Assembly (NCBI GenBank): GCA_035476815.1
Contig: DATILD010000017.1
Coordinates: 332 to 64,331, forward strand
DNA from: Methylibium sp.
Lineage (GTDB): Bacteria; Pseudomonadota; Gammaproteobacteria; Burkholderiales; Burkholderiaceae_C
Direction: 5' to 3'
Length of the DNA: 64,000 bases
Shown: positions 41,217-50,677 of the stretch, piece by piece
Layout: each line of letters begins with the position of its first letter
Numbering within the stretch: the stretch's first letter is position 1
The notes under the pieces: model-generated
What the model saw: the letters and a program-made list of their open reading frames with translations, nothing else
Database searches by the model: none
What the model was told of the DNA's origin: nothing
Made by a program: the position numbers and the translations under genes

Positions 41217-42019
41217 GCCCGGCACTGATCGCCGGCCTGCTGCTGCTCGGCAGTGGCGCCGGCTTCCTGGCCGGGCTGCTGGGCATCGGCGGCGGCATGA
41301 TCCTGGTGCCCTTCATCGTGCTGCTGCTCGAGCACCAGGGCTTCCCGCCGGCGCTGCTGGTGAAGATCGCGGTCGCGACCTCGCTGGCGACCATCCTGTT
41401 CACCTCGGTCTCGTCGGTGCGCGCCCACCACGCGCGCGGGGCGGTGCGCTGGAAGGTCGTGGGCGGGTTGGCGCCGGGCATCGTCGCGGGCTCGCTGCTG
41501 GGCGCGCAGGTCGCGGGCGCGCTGCCGGCCGGTCTGTTGACGCTGGTGTTCGCCGGCTTCGTCGGCTACTCGGCGACGCAGATGCTGGTCGACCGCAAGC
41601 CGCAGCCGGGGCGGCAACTGCCGGGCACGGCCGGGCTGCTGGGCATGGGCGGCGTGATCGGCGGCGTGTCGGCGCTGGTCGGCGCCGGCGGCGCCTTCCT
41701 GTCGGTGCCCTTCATGACCTGGTGCAACCTGTCGATCCACCTGGCGGTCGGCACCGCCGCCGCGCTCGGCTTTCCGATCGCGCTGGCCGGGACGGCCGGG
41801 TACATGTTGGCGGGCCAGCACCTCGACGGCCTGCCGCCCGGGCTGCTGGGCTATGTCTACCTGCCGGCGCTGGCGGTGATCGCGACCGCCAGCATGCTGA
41901 CCGCGCCGCTCGGCGCGCGCGTCTCGCATGCGCTCGACGTGGCACAACTCAGGCGCGTGTTCGCGCTGCTGCTCTACGGGGTCGCCGGCTGGATGCTGTG
42001 GCGCGCCGTGCGCCACTGA
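41210..42019 (+). CDS. TauE/SafE family (sulfite exporter) membrane protein
   Basis: AGLLGIGGGMILVP, ATSLA, GAGGAFLSVPFM; about 8 TM segments. Confidence 0.88.
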   Translation: MLSPALIAGLLLLGSGAGFLAGLLGIGGGMILVPFIVLLLEHQGFPPALLVKIAVATSLATILFTSVSSVRAHHARGAVRWKVVGGLAPGIVAGSLLGAQVAGALPAGLLTLVFAGFVGYSATQMLVDRKPQPGRQLPGTAGLLGMGGVIGGVSALVGAGGAFLSVPFMTWCNLSIHLAVGTAAALGFPIALAGTAGYMLAGQHLDGLPPGLLGYVYLPALAVIATASMLTAPLGARVSHALDVAQLRRVFALLLYGVAGWMLWRAVRH

Positions 42020-42098
42020 GCGCCCCCAGGGCCGGGCTGCGCCCAGCCCGCCCCCCGCGGGGGTCAAGGAAACTTGGGGCGGCCCGGCGTTTCCTTGA
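42020..42098. repeat. Short multi-hairpin extragenic palindromic element
   Basis: CGCCCCC, then GGGCTG-CGCC-CAGCCC, CCCCC-CGC-GGGGG and TCAAGGAAAC...GTTTCCTTGA hairpins between convergent genes. Confidence 0.7.
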
Positions 42099-42101
42099 GA
42101 G

Positions 42102-43121
42102 TCAGGACGCCGGCGCGCCGAACGCGATGCTGGCCAGCGCCACGCGGTTGCCGCCGCGTCCGCGTGCCTGGGCGAGTGCCGCCTCGGCCGCGTGCAGCAG
42201 GCCGGCCTGGGTCTGCGACGTGTGCGGGAAGCTCGCGACCCCCATCGACACGGTGAAGCGCAGCGCCTCGCCGCCGACCGGCACGAGCTGGGTTGCGCAT
42301 TGCCGGCGCAGGCCCTCCATGCGCGAATGCGCGGTGGCCAGGCCGACGCCCGACAGCAACACCGCGAAACGCTCGCCGTCGATGCGGCAGGGCGCGTCCA
42401 TCGCGCGCGTGTTGCTGCGCAGCAGGCGCCCCAGCGCCTCGATCACACGCTCGCGTCCGGCCGCGTCGTGCGGCGCGCTGCCCTCGGGCGGTGGATCGAC
42501 GACGACGCACACCACCGCGAACTCGCGGTGCTCGCGCAGCGACAGGTCGACCTCGCGGCGCAGGAACTCGTCGAACTGGTCGCGCTGCACCAGCCGCGCC
42601 GCCGGTTCGCGACTGCCGCGGCCCTCGACCTCGGCACGCAAGGACTCGTTGGCCTGCTGCTGCTGCTCGAGCTGGGTGAGCGCGGCCCGCAGCGCCGCGC
42701 TGCGCTCGCGCATCGGTCCGGCGTCGGCCCACAGGCCGAGCAGCGACCGGCTGCCGTCGGCGCCCGGCGGCAACGCGACACGCACCGCCTCCAGGTCGCG
42801 ACGGACGCCGCCGACCTCGATCTGGTGCTCGGCCGTCACCGGCCGGCTGGACGCGATGGCCGACTGGTCGGCGGCCCGCAGCATCGCGGCCTGCACATGC
42901 GGCAGCAGGTCGGCGTCGCTGAGGCCGCGTGCGGTGTCGGGAGCCAGGCCGAACAGCGCGTGGCCGCGCGGGCTCAGCTGCAGGTAGCGGCCGTCGGCGT
43001 CCTTGAGCCACCACACCACCCCGAGCGCTTCCAACGCGCCGAGCAAGGCGATATCGACACCGTCGGGGAGCTCGGCGTCAGGGATGAAGCTGGCATTCAT
43101 GAGCGAGGCCGTGCCGTACAT
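42102..43121 (-). CDS. PAS + degenerate GGDEF domain protein
   Basis: WLKDADGRY PAS-like region; GGDEF fold (R..D..CR, FTVSMGVA, AL.QA...GGNRV) with the A-site reading DGERF. Confidence 0.82.
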   Translation of the reverse strand: MYGTASLMNASFIPDAELPDGVDIALLGALEALGVVWWLKDADGRYLQLSPRGHALFGLAPDTARGLSDADLLPHVQAAMLRAADQSAIASSRPVTAEHQIEVGGVRRDLEAVRVALPPGADGSRSLLGLWADAGPMRERSAALRAALTQLEQQQQANESLRAEVEGRGSREPAARLVQRDQFDEFLRREVDLSLREHREFAVVCVVVDPPPEGSAPHDAAGRERVIEALGRLLRSNTRAMDAPCRIDGERFAVLLSGVGLATAHSRMEGLRRQCATQLVPVGGEALRFTVSMGVASFPHTSQTQAGLLHAAEAALAQARGRGGNRVALASIAFGAPAS

Positions 43122-43206
43122 CGCATCGCGGTCCTGTTCAAACCATGATAGCCCGCGGCCCGATGGGCGGCCCCCATGCTTGGCACCGACCCACCATGAT
43201 TGAAGG

Positions 43207-44481
43207 TCACCCGATCGGCCGCTGCAGGCTGCGCTCGACCTGACCGGTCAGACGCTCGAAGCGCTCGAGCGCCTGCTCGCTCGCGCCGGCCAGCCGCAAC
43301 CGGCCCTCGGTGCTGCCGGCACGCGCCGCGGCGGCCAGCAACACCGGCCAGTCCGCCAACGCCTCGTCGAGTGCCGCGCGCAACTCCGGCCCGGCCAGCG
43401 GTGCGGCCTGCAGCGTCGCGAGCGCGGCATCGACCTCGGCCGCGGTGGCCGCGGCGGCGTCGCGCGCGAGGCCCGCCGCGGGCTCGGGCAGCAGCACGGC
43501 GAACAAGGCCTCCTTGGCGAGGCGTTGGCTGAGCATGCGCTGGCGTCCGGCCAGATTGATGATGCGCAGGCTGGGCGCCGCACCGGCCTGCTCCAGCGCG
43601 GCGGTCAGGGTGTCGGCGGCCTGCAGCAAGGCCTCGGCCCGGGCGTCCAGCGGCAGCAGGCGCTCGACCCGCGGCGTCTCGTCGAGCGCCGCGCGCAGCG
43701 CCGCCCAGGCGCCCAGCACGCCGTCCAGCAGATCGCCGAAAGTGGCCTTGGACAGGAGCTTGCCCAGCTGCTCGATGCGCTCGTCCAGTTGTGCAACCGC
43801 CCGCTGCTGCCGAGCCAGCGCCGCCTCGGCGTCGCAGCCCGCGGCCCGCAGCGCAAACAGCTGGACCAGCCGCTGCGACAGCATGCGCAGCTGGCCGGCG
43901 CGGTTGACGCCGGCCGCCTCCTGGGCGGCGTCGATCAGCTGCTGCGCGAACTGGCCGATGCGCAGCTTGGCCTGCATCGCACTCGAGCGCAGCAGGCGAA
44001 AGGCCTCGTCCTCCGGCACCTGACGGGCCAGCATCAGCAGCCCCTTGGCGCGGTCGACCAGCTTGCGCTCCTCGAAGCGGTGGCCGAGCTCGTCGAGCGC
44101 CTCGCGCAGCCCGCGCTCGCGGCGAAAGCGCGCCTGTGCGAGCTGGATCAGCGGCCGCAGCCGCGCCGGCGCGTAGCCTTGCACCACCCAGGCCTGGACG
44201 CCGGCGTCGAGGGCCCGCTCCATCGTCTCGACACCACCGTCCTGCGCGAAGGCGAGCACCGGGGCCGGCTGGGTCGCATGCAGCAGTTCGAGGGCACGGA
44301 ACAGCGCCTCGTCGGCCGGTTGGGCCCAGCAGACCAGCAGATCGGGCGACTGGCGCACCGCCTCCTGCACCAGCTTGTCGCACGCCACCGCACCAAGGAC
44401 GTGAATGCCGGCCGCACGCAGGTCGGCGCAGAGGTCGGGAGCCTGGGGGTCGGCGCCGGGGTACAGGAGGACGGAGATCAC
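43207..44481 (-). CDS. ANTAR antiterminator (NasT-like pseudo-receiver + ANTAR) fused to two NarX/PilJ-type sensor repeats
   Basis: ERKLVDRAKGLLM...EAF..LR..AM (ANTAR); VNRAGQLRMLSQRL and INLAGRQRMLSQRL (NarX P-box-like). GTG start approximate. Confidence 0.85.
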   Translation of the reverse strand: MISVLLYPGADPQAPDLCADLRAAGIHVLGAVACDKLVQEAVRQSPDLLVCWAQPADEALFRALELLHATQPAPVLAFAQDGGVETMERALDAGVQAWVVQGYAPARLRPLIQLAQARFRRERGLREALDELGHRFEERKLVDRAKGLLMLARQVPEDEAFRLLRSSAMQAKLRIGQFAQQLIDAAQEAAGVNRAGQLRMLSQRLVQLFALRAAGCDAEAALARQQRAVAQLDERIEQLGKLLSKATFGDLLDGVLGAWAALRAALDETPRVERLLPLDARAEALLQAADTLTAALEQAGAAPSLRIINLAGRQRMLSQRLAKEALFAVLLPEPAAGLARDAAAATAAEVDAALATLQAAPLAGPELRAALDEALADWPVLLAAAARAGSTEGRLRLAGASEQALERFERLTGQVERSLQRPIG

Positions 44482-44562
44482 GCGCGCAGGCTCGCTCGAC
44501 AGAGGGGAAACAAGGGACAGGCGCGCAGCATAGACCAGCCCCGGGGACGCCGCGGCGGACCG

Positions 44563-44578
44563 TGGCACGGATGCTGCT
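44563..44578 (+). promoter_or_regulatory. Sigma54 (-24/-12) promoter of the nitrate transporter
   Basis: TGGCACGGATGCTGCT: GG-N10-GC. Confidence 0.75.
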
Positions 44579-44607
44579 ATGCAACACCCGGGCGCGCTGC
44601 GGCGCCC

Positions 44608-44650
44608 GGACCGGCATGCACGCCCGGTCCTGCGCACATCGGCGTGCGCA
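44608..44650 (+). promoter_or_regulatory. Putative ANTAR-binding dual hexaloop RNA element
   Basis: Tandem hairpins GGACCGGC-ATGCAC-GCCCGGTCC and TGCGCAC-ATCGGC-GTGCGCA in the 5' leader. The second loop has A1/G4. Confidence 0.6.
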
Positions 44651-44705
44651 GCTTCGTGCCTTTGGATGGCGCCCGTCGGGCCGCCGTCCCCATGCCTGAA
44701 GCCCT

Positions 44706-46004
44706 ATGCACGCCGCCGCCCGCCCCGGATCATTCAAGACTTTTGCCGCCGCCGGCCACTGGCCGACGCTGTTCGCGGCCTTCCTCTATTTCGATTTCTG
44801 CTTCGCCATCTGGGTGCTGAACGGCGCGATGGCGCCCTTCATCAGCGAGACCTACGGCCTGAACGCGGCCCAGAAGGGCTTCATGGTGTCGGTGCCGATC
44901 CTGGCCGGTGCGCTGATGCGCTTCCCGCTCGGCGTGCTGTCGCAGTACATCGGCCGCAAGAACGCGGCGATGGTCGAGATGGCCTTGATCATCGCCGCGC
45001 TCGCCTTCGGCTTCCTGTTCGTCGACAGCTACGACGGCGTGTTGGCGATGGGCGTGCTGCTCGGCATCGCCGGCGCGAGCTTCGGCGTCGCGCTCAGCCT
45101 GGGCAGCGGCTGGTACCCGCCCAAGTACAAGGGTCTGGCGATGGGCATCGCCGGTGCCGGCAACTCGGGCACGGTGCTGGCGGTGCTGCTCGCCCCGCCG
45201 CTGGCCCAGGCCTACGGCTGGCAGACGGTCTACGGCCTGGCCGCCGGCACCATGCTGCTGCCGATGGCGGTGATGTGGTTCTGCGCCAAGGAGCCGCCGG
45301 ACCGCGAGCACCAGACGCTGCGCGAGCATGTGTCCTGCCTGTTCGAGAAGGACGGCTGGGCCTTCAGCCTGATCTACATCGTCACCTTCGGCGGCTTCAT
45401 CGGGCTGGCGAGCTTCCTGCCGACCTACTTCCACGACCAGTTCGGCGTCACCAAGGTGCAGGCCGGGCAGCTCACCATGCTCGCGACGCTGATGGGCTCG
45501 GCGGTGCGGGTGCTCGGCGGCTGGATCTCGGACCGCGTCGGCGGCATCGCCACGTTGTCGGGCGTGCTGTGCGCGGTCGCCGTCACGCTGGCGGCCTGCG
45601 GCTTCGCCGGCGCGTCGCTGGTGGTGACGACGCTGCTCTTCATGCTCTGCTTCGCCGCGCTGGGTGCCGGCAACGGCGCGCTGTTCCAGCTCGTGCCGCT
45701 GCGCTGGCCGCTGGCCACCGCGGTGGCCGGCTCGATGATCGGCGAGGTCGGCGCGCTCGGCGGCGGCTTCCTGCCCAACGCGATGGGCCTGTCGAAGCAG
45801 TACAGCGGCAGCTACCTGTGGGGCTTCCTGTCCTTCACCGTGCTGGCGCTGGCGATGCTGGCGATGCTGCGGGTGATGCAGATCCGCTGGACCCGCACCT
45901 GGGCGGAGAAGGGCGGCAAGGCGCGCGGCACGCCGACCGCGGCGGACTTCACCGAGGGCGAGGTCCAGCGCGTCGCCCGGGCGCAACCCAAGGCGGCCTC
46001 ATGA
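44706..46004 (+). CDS. NarK/NasA-type nitrate/nitrite MFS transporter
   Basis: GHWPTL..AFLYFD, GIAGASF.VAL..GSGWYP...GLAMGIAGAGNSG nitrate signature, GAGNGALFQLVP. Confidence 0.92.
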   Translation: MHAAARPGSFKTFAAAGHWPTLFAAFLYFDFCFAIWVLNGAMAPFISETYGLNAAQKGFMVSVPILAGALMRFPLGVLSQYIGRKNAAMVEMALIIAALAFGFLFVDSYDGVLAMGVLLGIAGASFGVALSLGSGWYPPKYKGLAMGIAGAGNSGTVLAVLLAPPLAQAYGWQTVYGLAAGTMLLPMAVMWFCAKEPPDREHQTLREHVSCLFEKDGWAFSLIYIVTFGGFIGLASFLPTYFHDQFGVTKVQAGQLTMLATLMGSAVRVLGGWISDRVGGIATLSGVLCAVAVTLAACGFAGASLVVTTLLFMLCFAALGAGNGALFQLVPLRWPLATAVAGSMIGEVGALGGGFLPNAMGLSKQYSGSYLWGFLSFTVLALAMLAMLRVMQIRWTRTWAEKGGKARGTPTAADFTEGEVQRVARAQPKAAS

Positions 46005-46015
46005 ACCACCGGTCG

Positions 46016-47734
46016 TCAGCGCGGCAGGAACAGCAGCCACACCACCAGCAGCGCGTTGAAGAGCAGCGAGACCACCAGGCCCGCCTTCAACAGCGCCGCC
46101 GGGTCACGCTGGATCAGCGGCGTGGCGGGCGGCGCGGCCAGCACGCGCGAGGCGCCGCGCTCGAGCGCGAGCAGCAGCTCTTCGGCCGTCTCGAAGCGGT
46201 GGTGCGCATCGCGCGCGACGGCCTTGGCGAGCAGGTGGTCCAGCCAGATCGGCACGTCGGGCCGCAGCCGCGAAGCGGGCGCCGGGTCCTGGCGGTAGCG
46301 GCCGGTCTGGTAGGGCTCGATCTCGCCATAGGGCAGCCGGCCGGTGAGCCAGCGGTAGAGCGTGACGCCGAGGGCGTAGAGGTCGCTGCCGGCATCGGCC
46401 GAGGCGCCGTCCCACTGCTCGGGGTTGATGTAGCTCGGCGTGCCGGCATGCAGCTCGCGTTGCGCGGCCGGTTCGCGGCCCGACAGCGCGACGCCGAGGT
46501 CGAGGATGCGCCAGCGACCGTCGTCGCCGCGGTGCAGGTTGGCGGGCTTGATGTCGCGGTGGATCACGCCGTAGCGGTGCAGCCGTCCGAGCGCCTTGGC
46601 GACCTGGATGGCAGCCTCGATCACGTCGGCCACCGCCGCGGGCGTCGGGGCAACGAGCATCTGCTCGAGCGTGTGCCCGCCATGCCAGTCGAACACGCTG
46701 TAGAGCGCGCTCGGCTCGGTGAGCTCGTGCACGCGCACGAAGCCCGGGTCTTCGGTGCCCGCGCCGCGGCGCGGGCCGACGTAGCGCTCGGTCAGGCGCA
46801 GGCCCAGCCAGGCCTCGTGGGCGAGCATCGCGCGCTCCTCGGGGTCGCTGGCGCGCGACTCGTGCAGGGTCTTGATCGCGACCAGCCGGCGCTCCGCGTC
46901 GCGCGCCTGGTAGAGCCGGTGCACGCCGGTGTCGGCGACCAGCGCGGTGATCGCGTAGCCGTCGAGCAGGTCGCCGACCTTCAGGCGCGCCGGCACCGGC
47001 AGGCGACGGCCGCGCAGCAGCTCGTCCTCGAGCCGACCGGCGTCCAGCCCGCGCACGCGGATCACCAGCGCGGTGGCGTTGTCCTGGCTGCCGGCGGCGA
47101 GCGCCGCGTCGACCAGCGCCTCGCTCGCCGCCTGCGGGTCGCCCTCGCGCAGCAGCGCCGCCAGGCGCTCGGCGCCGAGCACGCCATGCACCCCGTCGGT
47201 GCTGAGCAGGAACAGGTCGCCGACCTGCAGCTCGCCCTGCGCGTAGTCGATGCGCACCGCGTCGTCGAGACCGATCGCGCGCGTCAGCCGGCTCTGGAAG
47301 TCGATCTGCTCGAAGCGGTGGTCGTGGGTCAGCTGCATCAGCTCGTCGCCACGCAGCCGCCAGGCGCGGCTGTCGCCGACATGGGCGATGGTGACGCCGT
47401 GGCCCTCGAGCGCGAGCGCGGTCAGCGTCGTCATCGCCGTGTCGCCGCCCTTGCCGGCGCGGCCGTTGTGCGCCGCCAGCCAGGCGTTCTGGGCGCCGAC
47501 CAGGCGGTCGAACACCACGGTGGTCTCCCAGGTCGCCGGCGCGCCGAAGAAGTCCGCCAGCAGGCTCATCACCGTGGTCTGCGCCGCCTCGCGGCCGCGG
47601 CCGCCGCCCGAGACGCCGTCGGCGATCGCCGCCACCAGCCCGCGACCCGGCTCGCGCAGCGCACCGGCGAAGTCCTCGTTGTGCTCGCGCGTACCGCGCC
47701 GGCTCGCATGGCCGATCTCGACATCGAAACTCAT
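46016..47734 (-). CDS. Bifunctional PP2C phosphatase / Ser-Thr kinase, C-terminally membrane anchored
   Basis: NED, IADGVSG, HVGDSR, STDG, GSQDNAT (PP2C); HRDIKPAN, DLG, GTPSYINPE, SDLYALG (kinase); C-terminal TM helix. Confidence 0.92.
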   Translation of the reverse strand: MSFDVEIGHASRRGTREHNEDFAGALREPGRGLVAAIADGVSGGGRGREAAQTTVMSLLADFFGAPATWETTVVFDRLVGAQNAWLAAHNGRAGKGGDTAMTTLTALALEGHGVTIAHVGDSRAWRLRGDELMQLTHDHRFEQIDFQSRLTRAIGLDDAVRIDYAQGELQVGDLFLLSTDGVHGVLGAERLAALLREGDPQAASEALVDAALAAGSQDNATALVIRVRGLDAGRLEDELLRGRRLPVPARLKVGDLLDGYAITALVADTGVHRLYQARDAERRLVAIKTLHESRASDPEERAMLAHEAWLGLRLTERYVGPRRGAGTEDPGFVRVHELTEPSALYSVFDWHGGHTLEQMLVAPTPAAVADVIEAAIQVAKALGRLHRYGVIHRDIKPANLHRGDDGRWRILDLGVALSGREPAAQRELHAGTPSYINPEQWDGASADAGSDLYALGVTLYRWLTGRLPYGEIEPYQTGRYRQDPAPASRLRPDVPIWLDHLLAKAVARDAHHRFETAEELLLALERGASRVLAAPPATPLIQRDPAALLKAGLVVSLLFNALLVVWLLFLPR

Positions 47735-47775
47735 CGCGCCATTGTCACCGGCCCGTCCGCGCTGTCGGCGATGGT

Positions 47776-47791
47776 TGGCACCCGCTTTGCT
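47776..47791 (+). promoter_or_regulatory. Sigma54 promoter of the nirB operon
   Basis: TGGCACCCGCTTTGCT: near-consensus GG-N10-GC, with an AGGAG RBS downstream. Confidence 0.85.
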
Positions 47792-47817
47792 ATGAACCGC
47801 TCGATCAGGAGCCTCGC

Positions 47818-50271
47818 ATGAAGAAGATGAAACTGGTGATGGTGGGCAACGGCATGGCCGGCGTGCGCACGCTCGAGGAGCTGCTGAAGATCGCGCCGGA
47901 CCTCTACGACATCACCGTGTTCGGCGCCGAGCCGCACCCGAACTACAACCGCATCCTGCTCAGCCCGGTGCTGGCCGGCGAGCAGACGATCGACGAGATC
48001 ATCCTGAACCCGCTGTCCTGGTACGCGGAAAACGGCGTCACGCTGCACGCCGGCAAGAAGGTGGTGGCGGTCGACCGCAAGAAGCGCCTCGTGCGCGCCG
48101 AGGGCCAGGACGGCAGCGTCGTCGAGGCCGAGTACGACCGCCTGCTGATCGCCACCGGCTCCAACCCCTTCATCCTGCCGGTGCCCGGCAAGGACCTGGA
48201 GGGCGTGATCGCCTACCGCGACATCGCCGACACCAACACGATGATCGACGCGGCCACCAAGTACCAGCACGCGGTCGTGATCGGCGGCGGCCTGCTCGGT
48301 CTCGAGGCCGCCAACGGCCTGATGCTGCGCGGCATGCAGGTCACCGTGGTGCACATCATGCCCTGGCTGATGGAGCGCCAGCTCGACGACGTGGCGGGCA
48401 AGCTGCTGCAGAAGTCGCTCGAGGACCGTGGCCTGAAGTTCCTGATCGGCGCCCAGACGCAGGAGCTGATCGGCGGCAAGGACGGCCGCGTGATGGCGGT
48501 CAAGTTCAAGGACGGCAGCGAGATCCCGGCCGACCTGGTGGTGATGGCCGCCGGCATCCGCCCCAACACCGAGCTGGCCGAGAAGATCGGCATTCATTGC
48601 AGCCGCGGCATCGTCGTCACCGACACGATGCAGACCGTGACCGACCCGCGCGTCTACTCGGTCGGCGAATGCGCGGCCCACCGCGGCATCGCCTACGGCC
48701 TGGTCGCCCCCCTGTTCGAGCAGGGCAAGGTCTGCGCGACCCACCTGGCCGAGTTCGGCATCGGCCGCTACACCGGCAGCCAGACCTCGACCAAGCTCAA
48801 GGTCACCGGCATCGACCTGTTCTCGGCCGGCGAGTTCATGGGCGGCCAGGACTGCGAGGAGATCGTGATGAGCGATCCCTACGGCGGCGTCTACAAGAAG
48901 CTGGTCATCAAGGGCGACAAGCTGATCGGCGCCTGCCTGTATGGCGACACGGTCGACGGCAGCTGGTACTTCAAGATGCTGCGCGAGGGCCGCCCCATCG
49001 GCGACATCCGAGCCACGCTGCTGCACGGCGAGGCCGGCGCCAACATCGGCGACACCGGCCACGAGGGCCACACCAAGGCCGCCAGCATGCCCGACGATGC
49101 CGAGGTCTGCGGCTGCAACGGCGTCAACAAGGGCACGATCTGCAAGGCCATCAAGGAAAAGGGCCTGTTCACGCTCGAGGAGGTCAAGAAGCACACCAAG
49201 GCCAGCGCCTCGTGCGGCTCGTGCACCGGCCTGGTCGAGCAGATCCTGATGTTCACCGCCGGCGGCGACTACTCGAAGGCGCCGACCAAGAAGGCGATGT
49301 GCGGCTGCACCGACGCCAGCCACCAGGAGGCGCGCGAGGCGATCAAGGTCGAGCATCTGCTGACGATCGACTCGGTCTACAAGCGCCTGGGCTGGCGCAC
49401 GCCCAACGGCTGCTCGTCGTGCCGCCCGGCGATCAACTACTACCTGATCAGCAGCTGGCCGAAGGAGGCGCTGGACGACCCGCAGTCGCGCTTCATCAAC
49501 GAGCGCAGCCACGCCAACATCCAGAAGGACGGCACCTACTCGGTGATCCCGCGCATGTGGGGCGGCGAGACCACCGCCGACGAGCTGCGCCGCATCGCCG
49601 ACGCGGTCGACAAGTACAAGATCCCGACCGTCAAGGTCACCGGCGGCCAGCGCATCGATCTGCTGGGCGTCAAGAAGGAGGATCTGGTCAACGTCTGGAA
49701 GGACATCGGCATGCCCTCGGGCCACGCCTACGCGAAGGCGCTGCGCACCGTGAAGACCTGCGTCGGCAGCGAGTGGTGCCGCTTCGGCACCCAGGACTCG
49801 ACGCAGATGGGCAAGGACCTGGAGCGCGCGCTGTGGCGCATGTACGCGCCGCACAAGGTCAAGATCGCCGTGTCGGGCTGCCCGCGCAACTGCGCCGAGG
49901 CCGGCATCAAGGACGTCGGCGTGATCGGCGTCGACTCGGGCTGGGAGATCTACGTCGCCGGCAACGGCGGCATCAAGACCGAGGTCGCGCACTTCTTCTG
50001 CAAGCTCAAGACCGCCGAGGAGGTGCTCGAGTACAGCGGCGCCTTCCTGCAGCTCTACCGCGAGGAAGGCTGGTACCTCGAGCGCACGGTGCACTACGTC
50101 GGCCGCGTCGGCCTCGACTACGTCAAGAAGAAGATCCTCGACGACGCCGCGGGCCGCCAGGCGCTGTGGGAGAAGCTGAAGTTCAGCCTCGAGGGCGAAC
50201 CCGACCCCTGGTTCGAGTTCGACAAGGCGGCGGTCGATACCCGCCAGTTCACGCCCGTGGGAGCGCTGTGA
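47818..50271 (+). CDS. nirB: Assimilatory nitrite reductase [NAD(P)H] large subunit
   Basis: GNGMAG, NYNRILLS, GGGLLGLEAA; BFD clusters CGCNGV..CGSC and CGC..CSSC; siroheme ligands KTCVGSEWCRFG and SGCPRNC. Confidence 0.96.
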   Translation: MKKMKLVMVGNGMAGVRTLEELLKIAPDLYDITVFGAEPHPNYNRILLSPVLAGEQTIDEIILNPLSWYAENGVTLHAGKKVVAVDRKKRLVRAEGQDGSVVEAEYDRLLIATGSNPFILPVPGKDLEGVIAYRDIADTNTMIDAATKYQHAVVIGGGLLGLEAANGLMLRGMQVTVVHIMPWLMERQLDDVAGKLLQKSLEDRGLKFLIGAQTQELIGGKDGRVMAVKFKDGSEIPADLVVMAAGIRPNTELAEKIGIHCSRGIVVTDTMQTVTDPRVYSVGECAAHRGIAYGLVAPLFEQGKVCATHLAEFGIGRYTGSQTSTKLKVTGIDLFSAGEFMGGQDCEEIVMSDPYGGVYKKLVIKGDKLIGACLYGDTVDGSWYFKMLREGRPIGDIRATLLHGEAGANIGDTGHEGHTKAASMPDDAEVCGCNGVNKGTICKAIKEKGLFTLEEVKKHTKASASCGSCTGLVEQILMFTAGGDYSKAPTKKAMCGCTDASHQEAREAIKVEHLLTIDSVYKRLGWRTPNGCSSCRPAINYYLISSWPKEALDDPQSRFINERSHANIQKDGTYSVIPRMWGGETTADELRRIADAVDKYKIPTVKVTGGQRIDLLGVKKEDLVNVWKDIGMPSGHAYAKALRTVKTCVGSEWCRFGTQDSTQMGKDLERALWRMYAPHKVKIAVSGCPRNCAEAGIKDVGVIGVDSGWEIYVAGNGGIKTEVAHFFCKLKTAEEVLEYSGAFLQLYREEGWYLERTVHYVGRVGLDYVKKKILDDAAGRQALWEKLKFSLEGEPDPWFEFDKAAVDTRQFTPVGAL

Positions 50272-50651
50272 TGAGCACCTGGAAGAAGATCTGTTTCGTC
50301 GCGGACATCCCCGCGCTCGGCTCGCGCCGCGTGCAGCGCCCGCAGGGCGTCGCGGTCGCGGTGTTCCGCAACGCCGAGGACAAGGTGTTCGCGCTGCTCG
50401 ACCGCTGCCCGCACAAGGGCGGCCCGCTGAGCCAGGGCATCGTGTTCGGCGAGAGCGTCGCCTGCCCGCTGCACAACTGGACCATCGGCCTGGACGACGG
50501 CTGCGCGAAAGCGCCCGACGAGGGCTGCACGCCCTCGTTCGCCTGCAAGGTCGTGAACGGCGAGGTCTTCCTCGACGCGAACGAGCTCGCCACCAAGGCG
50601 CTCGACCTGCCGGCCCCGACCGCCGGCCCGCGCGTCACCTCGGCCGCCTGA
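50271..50651 (+). CDS. nirD: Nitrite reductase small Rieske subunit
   Basis: CPHKGGPLSQG...CPLHNW Rieske motif; TGATG coupling to nirB. Confidence 0.93.
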   Translation: MSTWKKICFVADIPALGSRRVQRPQGVAVAVFRNAEDKVFALLDRCPHKGGPLSQGIVFGESVACPLHNWTIGLDDGCAKAPDEGCTPSFACKVVNGEVFLDANELATKALDLPAPTAGPRVTSAA

Positions 50652-50677
50652 ACGAACGACCAACGGGAGAACCGACC

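Noticed and set aside
44366-44405. Possible NtrC enhancer sites (TGCACCAGCTTGTCGCA; GCACCAAGGACGTGAA) upstream of the sigma54 promoter
   Set aside because: Only half-site matches, inside coding sequence; cannot be distinguished from chance by eye.
44579-47821. 1080-aa ORF and other very long alternative-frame ORFs (e.g. 31198-34215, 6607-9201, 50249-53047)
   Set aside because: Arg/Ala/Gly/Pro-rich shadow frames of well-supported genes in very high-GC DNA, with no motifs. Only the embedded real parts (e.g. nth) are kept.
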